Shown: one piece after another, positions 54,314 through 63,533 of the stretch | Numbering within the stretch: position 1 is the stretch's first letter | Layout of the letters: each line of letters starts with the position of its first letter | From: Chiloscyllium plagiosum | Lineage: Eukaryota | Direction: 5' to 3' | Length of the DNA: 63,533 bases | NCBI RefSeq assembly: GCF_004010195.1 | Contig: NC_057756.1 | Location: forward strand, 1,949,703-2,013,235 | Program-made: the position numbers and the translations under genes | The notes under the pieces: generated by a model | The model's input: only the letters and a program-made list of their open reading frames with translations | Databases searched by the model: none | Told to the model about the DNA's origin: nothing

Positions 54314-54626
54314 GGGCGGCACGGTAGCACAATGGTTAGCACTGCTGCCTCACAGCGCCAGAGATCTGGGTTTAATTCCCGACTCAGGCGACTGACTGTG
54401 TGGAGCTTGCACATTCTCCCCGTGTCTGGGTGGGTTTCCTCCGGGTGCTACGGTTTCCTCCCACAGTCCAAAGATGTGCAGGTCAGGTGAATTGGCCATG
54501 CTTAATTGCCCGTAGTGTTAGGTAAAGGAGTAAATGTAGGGGAATAGGTGGGTTGCAGTTCGGTGTTGACTTGTTGGGCCGAAGGGCCTGTTTCCACACA
54601 CTGTAAGTAATCTAAAAAAAAATCTA
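54314..54626 (+). mobile_element. Full-length HE1/V-SINE
   Basis: Close, colinear match to 39592-39915. Confidence 0.95.
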
Positions 54627-54629
54627 AGA

Positions 54630-55400
54630 GAGAGATGTACAGCATGGAAATAGACCTTTTGGTTGAACTCGTCCATGCTGACCATACATCCTAAATTTAT
54701 CTAGTCTGATTCGCCAGCACTCTGAAACCTTCATATTCATATACCCATCCAAATGATTGCCAAATGTTTAATGTACAACCATCCACCACTTCCTCTCGTA
54801 ATTCATTCTATACATATACGCCCTCTGCATGAGCACGTTGCCCCTTACATCTCTTTTAAGTCGTTCCCTTCTCACCCTAAACCTATGCCCTCTAGTTTTG
54901 GACATGCATGCTCTTTATGATTTCATAAACCTCTATAAGTTGAATTTGTTCTTTGTTAATTTCACAAAGAAATCGGACTAATGCAGTTGAAGGGATATTT
55001 ATATTGAGTTTAAAATACATTAACTGAAGCAACACTTTATCTGATTATACCATTGCGAGTGCAGAGGAGGATACTAAGGATTCTTCCAAGTCTGGAACTT
55101 TCCACCTGTGAGGAAAGTTTTGATAAGTGCAATTTGTTTTGCATGAATCAACACGGCGTGAGAGGGTTCATGCTATAGTTTGGTACAATTATCGAGGTGC
55201 ACAGATGAACGACATGGAAGAGATCTTCTCCCCGTTTTCGGGGTTGATAACCAGGCAGCATAGATTTGAAGTGTTTGTTCTTTTGATGAAAGGAAATTTA
55301 AGGGTTTTTTTCACTTAGTGGGTGCGTGGTGTTCAGAATGCTTAGGCAAGACGATAGTTTAGGAAGGCAAGCTTGTAACAGCTTAGCAGGTCTATTGCGA
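54630..55400. mobile_element. CR1 3' fragments (minus, then degenerate plus)
   Basis: CR1 tail motifs. Confidence 0.65.
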
Positions 55401-55519
55401 TAACATAACCTCCAGTTCTATGGTGAAAAATTTGGAATATGTGAATAGTGCAACTAGATGTTAGTTAATTTTCATGAACATTTTTCTGTCACATGTCCTG
55501 CTTCAATCTCTTAGCGGCA

Positions 55520-58060
55520 AAAAATGCTGCAGATGCTGGAATCCAAGGTAAACAAGCAGGAGGCTGGAAGGAAGCCAAACTTCAGGCAGCACAAAGAGAA
55601 GGAGAAGTCAACCTTTCAGGTGAAATCCCCTTTGAGGACTGGGAATGGGTGCTAATTGATCTGGAGATAAAGTGGAGTGTAAGAGAGTAGCGGGGTGGTG
55701 AGGTCGGGATTTATAAAGCAGGTAACGGGTACAAGCTAGTTGGTCAAAGGAGGAATGAATCGTTTGGTAGCTGGAATGAAGGGTCATTACTGGAATGGAA
55801 GGGAGGCTGATGCATTGGGATGTGAAGTTATTTGAAATTGGCAACCTCAACTGAGTCCTCCAGTCCCTCCTATTTGCAAGCTGATTTGCTGTGGCATAGG
55901 AAGAGGCCAAGAATTGCCATTTCAGATAGCGAGTGGGAAGATAAATTAAAATGCGTAGTAATTGGGAGGTCAGGCTGTCAGCTGCCGGCCAAGCTGAGAT
56001 GGTTGGTGAACCGTGCCCCAAGTTTATGTTTGATCACCCTCATGTAGAGAAGACGATATCAGGAGTACTGATAAAGTAAACTAGGTTGGAGGAAAAGCAG
56101 ATAGACATCTGTCTCACATGGAAGGACTGATTGTAGCGTTGGATGAGACGAGAGTAGTAGCGTGCAAGCAGTTATTACGGTTTCAGGAGAAGGTACATGA
56201 GAGTGGCTTGGTCGAGACAGTGGCTTGAACCAAGAATGTGCGAAGGGAAGCGTGGAAGGCAGGGAGGTGTGGGGAGGGCAGATGGTAAGAGTGGTACGTG
56301 GTACTAACCATGTTCTCCACCTGTTTAGTAATTGTAATTCTCTGCCAAAAGCACTTTATCTTCACTTTGTAACTTCAGTCCCTTTGCAAACGCATACCCC
56401 ACAAGGATGGACTTCAGGCTCTCAGCTTCTTCCTCTCCAACAGACCCATCCACTCCCCTCCACGAGTTATCCACTCCAGATAACTCTCTGTCCTTGTTTG
56501 TTGTCTTCTTTTCTAATTCTGTCGGCAGGCTCCAGACGGACGTTTATTATAAATCCACAGACTCCAATAAATGTCTGGACTACATATCCTCCCATCCAGT
56601 AACCCCGAAAGGACTCCATCCATTCATCCGATTTCTCTGCCCCTGCCGCATCTGCTTTCCCGAGTAGACATCCCACATTCAAGCATCACGGATGCCCACC
56701 TATTTTGAATGACACACGACCTCGCACCATCATCCTGTCAACCCTCCATTGCACCTCTTCCATTCACCACTCCTCTGTTCTAACTCATGTCTAAACGCAA
56801 TAAAGTCACTGACCACTTTGTTGTCATCAGCCACCTAACCAGTGTCCGCATGTAACATATCATTCATAAACATATCTGTCAACTCCACATAGAACCCACC
56901 ACCAGGAACATTCTCCCCTTCCTACAAAATTATGAGGGGCATGGATAGGGTAAATAGACAAAGTCTTTTTCTTGGGATAGGGGAGTCCAGAACTAGAGGG
57001 CATAGGTTTAGGGTGAGAGGAGAAAGATAAAAAAAAAACTAAGGGGCAACTTTTTCACTCAGAGAGTGGTGCGTGTATGGAGTGAGTTGCCAGACGATGT
57101 GGTGTAGGCTGGTACAATTGCAACATTTAAGAGGCATTTGGATGGGTATATGAATAGGAAGGGTTTGGAGGGATATGGGCCGAGTGCTGACAGATGGGAC
57201 TAGATTGGGTTGGGATATCTGGTCGGCATGGACTTGTTGGACCGAAGGGTCTGTTTCCATGCTGTACATCTCCATGACTCAATCACTCTCTGCTTTGTGC
57301 AAAGACAGTTCCTTTTGGCGAAACTTGGTTCACATCATTCTCCCCACAAACAGCTCCATCCCTCGAATCTCTGGGTACATTCCCCAACAACCCCAAAATA
57401 TGCAGATCCTGATGACACATTACCCCCTCTCCTTAACCCAATGCCTCAAAGAGGCACTCCAGTGTAGAAGAAATCTTGCCAGACTCTCCTCCCGCCTAGA
57501 TTACTGCATCTGTTTTTCCGGATGTGGTCTTTTATAGATCGGGAAGATGAAACATCAATTCATTGAGCATCTCAGCTGCGCCCGTGGACCTAAGCTCCCA
57601 ATCATGGCTTATTTTCATTTCCCTTCCCATTCGTTTTCTGCCATGACCATACTTAGCCTCGTCCATTGCCACAGTGAAACACATCACAAATTGGAGCAAC
57701 AGCTCCTCATCCTCAGCCTGGGCAGCGTACATTACGTGAGACTCAACATTGAGTTCTCCAATGTCAAATAAACCCTCTTCCCATTCACTGTCTCCCTTCC
57801 CAGCTCCTCCCCCTCTCTTCCATAGCTCTGTAAGACAATTCCTTCCAACCGTATTCAATCCTCTCAAACGACGAACTGGGTTCTGCTCTTCACCTGTATT
57901 TACCTATCGCTACCTCACGGCCCTGCCACCAACCCAGTTTATCCGCAGCTGTCCTTTCGCACACCGCCATCCTGAAGAAGTGTTGCAACTGTAACATTGA
58001 TTTCTGCACCTTCTGATGCTGCCCAGTTTGCAGCGTTCTTCCAGCCTCCTGTTTGATTGC
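55520..58060 (+). mobile_element. Old Penelope-like element with inverted upstream arm
   Basis: GRLQTDVYYKSTDSNKCLDYISSHP; HKLEQQLLILSLG (cf. RRLEEERLIFCLG); ends 55520-55620 and 57970-58060 are inverted. Confidence 0.8.
56925..57278 (+). mobile_element. Younger CR1 3' end nested in the Penelope element
   Basis: Close match to 21255-21605. Confidence 0.9.
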
Positions 58061-58559
58061 CTTTTAATGCCTATGAATCTATAGCTAGATTGTCAGAAAA
58101 AGAACGAACTGCGTAAGCAAACAGTTAAAATGTGGACAGAAAATTAAGTGAGACAAATAAAATGCATTGATGAATCAAAGTCTCATGTATTTTGGAACAT
58201 ATGTAATGGTTTCACAATGATTCTTCACGTTCGTTCAATCTAGAATACGTTTCCTGGAAGTGTGCAGGCTGCAGCATGAACAGACATTTTAAAGGGGTAA
58301 ACATTAAGAAAGATAATACCAGCAGTCTGTCGAAAACAGTCGAAGTTTATCGTTAGAGTCCTGATTTCATGACAGAGCAGAGAACGAGGACGAACGTAAC
58401 TGAGGAAAAGTCACTGTTAAATCTGTTAAAACTTCTGTGGATATTTTATTTTGTCAGTATTCCAAATGGTCTGACCTCGACCCTGACTCATACAAGACTG
58501 TTTATGCTTTTGCCTGCATTGTGTATTGTCATATTGGCCATCTGAACAATGGCAAAGAC

Positions 58560-59705
58560 AATTCACATCACAGAAAGAGGCCCTTCGGCCCCCCAAGCCC
58601 GAGCCGAGCCAAATCTACTGGTTAAACCTATCACGAAATTCTTATGTATTTGTATCCCTCTGCTCTCCACCCACTCAAACATCTATCCAGAGACACCTTG
58701 AAAAACTCTGCGAAGTCTGCCTCCATGGCCTCTGCTGGCAATGCATTCCAGGCACCTACCACCCTCTGTGTGAAGCACTATCCTCGTATATTCCCCATAA
58801 ACGTTTCACCTCTCACCTCGAACGCGTGACCTCTTCTTATTGAATCCTTCAAACTGGGAAATAGCTTATCTCTGAATAAGTAATGACGTGTAGGTTGCAA
58901 CGGGACATTAACAGGTTGCAGACCTGATCTGAGAAGTGGCAGATGGTGTAAACTGGTAAAGTTTGTAGTGGTTCAGTTTGGAAGGTCAAATTTGGATGCA
59001 GATTACAGAGTTAAAGGCAGGATTCTTGGCAGTGTGGAGAAACAGAGGGATCTTATGGTTCATGTCAGCGAAAGCTCAAAGATGCAAAGCAATCTGATAG
59101 GTTTTTAAGATGGCTTACAGTGTGTCGGCTTTCGGTAGCAGGAGACTGGATTTAAGAGCTGCGACGTTATGCTGTAGCTCGATAAAGCCTGGTTAGTTGA
59201 GTTCTGGTCGCCACATTATAAGAAGAATGTGGAAGCTTTATAGAATATGCAGCGGAAATTTACCAGAATGCTGCCTGGAGTCGAGGATGTGACTCATGAA
59301 GAACAGTTGAGGGAGCTATTGTTTTTCTCATTGGATGGTGAACGATGAGAGGTTACTCTATTGAATTGTACAAATTGATGAGAGGATGCACAATGTGGAT
59401 AGCCAGGAACTTTTTCCCATTGTGGAAATGGTTATGACAAGATAATATGATTTCAAGAGGATCGGTCAATGTTGTCTGGGAGATGCCGGAGATAGCTTTT
59501 TTATTAGAATGTTGGGTGCATGAATTGCACTGCTAGCAATGGTAGTCGTTTCAGATACATAGTGATATTTAAGCGAATGTTGGAGAGGTATATGGATGAT
59601 CGCAAAATGGCGGGTATGTAAGTTAGTTTGACCTTATAATAGGATGAAAGATCTGCAAAACTTCGATCCCCAAATGTCCTTTTCTGTGCTGTACTGTTTA
59701 TGCTA
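58560..59705. mobile_element. CR1 fragments (minus tail 58560-58870; plus RT to 3' end 58880-59705)
   Basis: FWSPHYRKNVEAL..RKFTRMLPG motif. Confidence 0.85.
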
Positions 59706-59980
59706 ATTTATAATGTCATGGATTGGTTTATTTAAAACTGCATCTGCTGTCCAGAACGATGATATCCAATATACTTATGATTCCATAATTCATAAATGTG
59801 AGCATGTAGTTGTTTTTCTTTTCCTTTTTTCTCTTCGCCGTTGACTGATACACCTTAGCCTGTTAAGGTACTAGGTAACACAAAGAAAAACGGCGATGGT
59901 TTTGGTTTTATCTTTCCATCATAAGTATTGCACTGATTTAAATGCTAAATCAGCATTATACTGTAAATACAATTATGTAT

Positions 59981-60016
59981 ATTTCCAGCATTTTCCTCAG
60001 ATTTTCTGAGGTTTTG
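59981..60016 (-). pseudogene. Decayed 36-nt exon relic, AKP QKI *GK CWK
   Basis: Acceptor ttcttttaacacag intact; in-frame TGA; donor position reads atacat. Confidence 0.35.
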
Positions 60017-61496
60017 CTGTGTTAAAAGAACTACTTAATAAACAGAAGTCAATGAAGTACACCCATGTGCAAATCTATTCGAGGTGGTTTATAATTATAT
60101 TGTTTTTTAAAAAAAAATCTTGTAAGAAACACATATTCACTATGTTGGCAGCCAATCTTTTGTACTCTTCTTATATTTCAGCTATCAAGTAAACAGTACT
60201 TCTGTTTTTGCTAATTGTGTTGATGCACGGAGTTGATAAAGTGTGGCAAGCAATCCTTTGGAAACAACTTCTATTTTGTGGAGTAACTTTTATAAATAAT
60301 AATACAAATACTTCAAGGAGTAATGCTATTCACGTATGTCTGAGGTGTGAAAAACTTAATCCTAAATCGTGAAATATTCATATATTCCATTATTTCGTGA
60401 GAAAGGAAATGAATTCAAAATGTTTTCTGCTCATATTTGGAATTGCAATTCGTTCGATATTCTCATCTGAAGCCAATTTTTGGATACGCATTACTATGTA
60501 AGAGAAAATTTGTAAATCATATATCATTTCAGTAAATTTACTGGCATAGCAATAGAAATTCCAGGCCAATGTGCCAGGGGAATAAAAAACATATCACACC
60601 ATAGAAGCTGGAGCTAAACTGTAGGAGATTTGTTTTTGTGTGTACATCATCAAAAACTAAGAACCAAAAACATAAATTGTTACCATTACTCAACAAGTCA
60701 GGCAAAATTTGTGGAGAAGGATCAATCGACAAGAAACATTAACTCTGCTTTTTCGCCACTAATGAGTTACACAAAACACACTTTCTTCGAATTAGTTTAT
60801 TACATATTCCAGACTTGTTAAAGAAATCCCATTTTTTCCAACAATTATCCTTGCATGATTCGCCCCTACAGGACACTTCAGACATGCAGCAACATTGTTG
60901 CTTTCTGAGTTCCTTCTGAAATTTAGGAACAGTACAATTATTATAAGCAAACCTAGGAGACCAAAATATTCCGAATGATACGAAGAAATCACTACAGCCC
61001 GTTGAGAATAATATAATCTACTATCATCCATGCCCTCCTGGTAATTTTTTACCCATGCTGAATATTGGGGAAATGATTAAAATTGACCAAAAATCTATAC
61101 TTGGGTGAATAGACGTTTCTAATTTCTGTACGCTTGGAAATATGGTGTAGCAGTCAGTATTTGATGGGGAAGAGTGGTGAGAAAGAAAACAAAGAAACAA
61201 AAAAAACAGAGTAATGTGCTTGAATGCATTGGTCTGAAGCCTTTTACTTTAACGCACCAATCGTCAATTAGAATTTTTTAAGGTTTTTCAGTAGGGAATG
61301 TAAGTAATCATATTTCTGATAGGACAAACGATTAAATAGCACCATTTCGATAACTTGGTCACTGCTCAGTAACAATAAAATTCAGTATTGTACCTAATTG
61401 ATTGTGCGACTTGTAAAAACGCTTGCCATGGTTAGGTAATTCGCCAAAAGCATGTATGATGAATTGTTCAATAGATTTTCTGATAAATTTTCTTAC

Positions 61497-61523
61497 TCAA
61501 ATCTCGAATTAATGCATCCAAAT
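61497..61523 (-). CDS. 27-nt phase-1 micro-exon, (D)LDALIRDL
   Basis: gttttctttcaattgcag|ATTTGGATGCATTAATTCGAGATTTGA|gtaaga; paralogous to exon 20191-20217. Confidence 0.65.
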
Positions 61524-62803
61524 CTGCAATTGAAAGAAAACAAAAAAAAAAGTTTACACACAAGTTTTCACGAAGATTGTAGAATTCGTATGACAACTTG
61601 TGTACTGACTAGACAAGGAAAATACTTGACAATCAATCAGAAAATTAAACCTCCCCAATTGGTTTAGATGTTGGCTGCGCTGCCATATGAGGACGGTCAT
61701 AGAAATATTGACAGATCGTTGACATACCTCTGAAGAATAAAAGGCTCGCTGGTTGGTACATTTTTATTTGGAACTGATCAGAAGTTTATACTTAGAGAAG
61801 GTATTCCTTCATGCACTCAGCTGCAAGGAATAGATAACTTTTCTGAATTACAAAAAATAACAGATAATTTATTTTGAGATTTGAATGATTCATTTGGACA
61901 CTCAGACAGTAGAGAAGCCTAAGAATTGTCAAGAATATAGAGCTATAGATTGTCAGCCGTTATGTAAGTTCAAGACAAAAATCGGCAGATTTCTCCACAT
62001 GAAAACATGAATGGATATGGTGGCAGTGCAGGAAAATAACTCCAGTACAGTACGTCAGCGATGTTGTATATTAGTGAAAGATCAGGCGTGATTGCGTGAA
62101 ATATCTTTTCATGGTTCCTTGGTATATTCCTGCAATGTTTCCACAATTCTGACGAATTCAGATTGCTGTATTGGTCGCCTAATAAGTTTCCATTCAGTCA
62201 GACTTTATGGACTTCCACCCTTTTCCAAATCAATCTGTTCAGAGATATCATTCCACACATCTGAAGCAAGCAGGTATTGAACCCTTCTGAATACGCCATG
62301 TATTTCCTGTCAATCATAAAACACATTGCACACTGCTATTTTAAATACACTGAATTTGCAAATTTACTTCTAGTTCTTATAACGAACAAAAACATGGAGA
62401 GATATGCATCAAACAGGGAAATGAAAATATAATTACATATCTGGCAACTCTTCTAATTTTATTGCTCTAATATACAACCACAAAGGCACATTTAAAATGG
62501 AGATGTTATTCAATGTGAAACATTGACTTTTATTTTCCTAGTTCATTCATTACATCTTGCACATTAATATGAATGGTTATATTAATTGGGATTTTCTTGG
62601 TTTTGGGATTGTCATCGGATTTTGGTCCATTGGATAGTTCACTCATCACAAATACAATTAGTAGCTCTTCTGTGAATTTCCTTTCCTATTACCCTCAGGT
62701 ACTAACTTGTCCAGTCAAAGCCAAGAAAATAAGCAAATTCCCCATAAAGGAGAGTGATGGTGGTGATGTAGTTATGACTTAAATAGTAATAAATGATGAT
62801 TAC

Positions 62804-62830
62804 CTGGATCGTAATAAGTTTGGCAATGAC
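62804..62830 (-). CDS. 27-nt phase-1 micro-exon, (G)HCQTYYDP
   Basis: ttcttgtccaatag|GTCATTGCCAAACTTATTACGATCCAG|gtaatc. Confidence 0.55.
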
Positions 62831-63347
62831 CTATTGGACAAGAATGTTCTTTTTAATAACATTTAAGAGTGCACGTTCACCTGCAATTTAAAGTCCAATT
62901 AATGCGTAGGCAATGCTGAAGCTTGTATTCCATATACCTATATATTCATTCCCCTGGCATTATCAAATTTATGTTGACTTCCTTTTGCTTTCACCACCAT
63001 TCAATCATCAATTCCATTATCAATTGTTCAAGATTAGTCACATCAATGCTTTATTGAGATTTAAAATATCCCGTTCTCATCGTTGTCTTAATAAAGATAC
63101 ATCTTATAGATCCACTGTATCTCATATTCGATTCAGAATCACAAACTCTGCTTCAACAGATGTTTTCAGATTTCCAGGTTCTGATAACTGTTGGATGTGT
63201 TTTGTTTCTGAAATTCGGAATAAAGCACAAGAAAGAAGATATCACAGGACAAGTATAGATGTTGGTTATTTTCAATGAGTCAGTAAGTCCATATCTAGGA
63301 ATTATGGAACTTTTAAAAGTATTATTCCCAAGTCTACAATCTACAAT

Positions 63348-63533
63348 ATGTGTCTCCGCTCCCACGCCGATACATCGCTAACCTGCACAACCAAAACGCC
63401 GCATGTGTCTCCGCCCCCACGCCGATCACCGTCACCACGCTTAACCCCACCCCAACGTCGATCTCTGTCACGTCTAACCCCGCCCCCACTCCGATCTCCG
63501 TCACCACGCCCAACTCCGCCCCCACTCCCATCT
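63348..63533. repeat. GC-rich minisatellite of about 36 bp, truncated by the window end
   Basis: Units like ccgcccccacgccgatcaccgtcaccacgcttaacc. Confidence 0.75.

Larger units (their letters stand above)
335..62830 (-). other. Internal segment of a multi-micro-exon gene (collagen-like exon architecture, Gly-depleted, partly coiled-coil); partly or wholly pseudogenised
   Basis: At least 18 short segments flanked by (mostly pyrimidine-rich) AG acceptors and GT donors, all 18/27/36/54 nt and jointly open only in phase 1. Several are paralogous to each other, and many same-size decayed relics lie between them. No start or stop exon identified. Confidence 0.7.

Noticed and set aside
60792..61031. 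Minus-strand ORF with a TM-like stretch (GLLGLLIIIVLFLNF)
   Set aside because: The hydrophobic part coincides with a pyrimidine tract and acceptor, so it is more likely intron sequence before an exon relic.
62573..62782. Plus-strand ORF with a signal-peptide-like start (MVILIGIFLVLGLSS)
   Set aside because: Hydrophobic runs arise easily in T-rich DNA; no linked downstream exons or recognisable homology.
335..62830. Assignment of the micro-exon gene to butyrophilin/BG, triadin or TRIM families
   Set aside because: No Ig, transmembrane, RING or B30.2 exon seen; no convincing 21-nt exons; composition is not KEKE-like. No gene symbol can be supported.
1..63533. CRISPR arrays, operons or other prokaryotic systems
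   Set aside because: The sequence is vertebrate intronic and repeat DNA, with no regularly spaced direct repeats or long ORFs.

Overview
AT-rich eukaryotic genomic DNA, very likely from a shark or other elasmobranch: it carries HE1/V-SINE copies, CR1-type LINE fragments, Penelope-like elements with GIY-YIG remnants and hammerhead motifs, and Rex/Babar LINE relics. No ORF in the six-frame track looks like a conventional host gene; the protein-like ones are transposon relics. The main hidden structure lies on the minus strand across the whole window: a long array of phase-1 micro-exons of 18, 27, 36 or 54 nt (all multiples of 9). I found 18 with intact AG/GT sites and open frames, plus many same-sized relics with stops, 1-2 nt deletions or broken splice sites. 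The exon sizes, the split first codon and the X-Y residues suggest a collagen (Gly-X-Y) ancestor whose glycines have been almost entirely replaced. Some exons now form a clean coiled-coil heptad, and paralogous exons differ mainly at synonymous sites. The gene's start, end, identity and expression cannot be determined from this window. Exon coordinates were read by hand; repeat boundaries are approximate.
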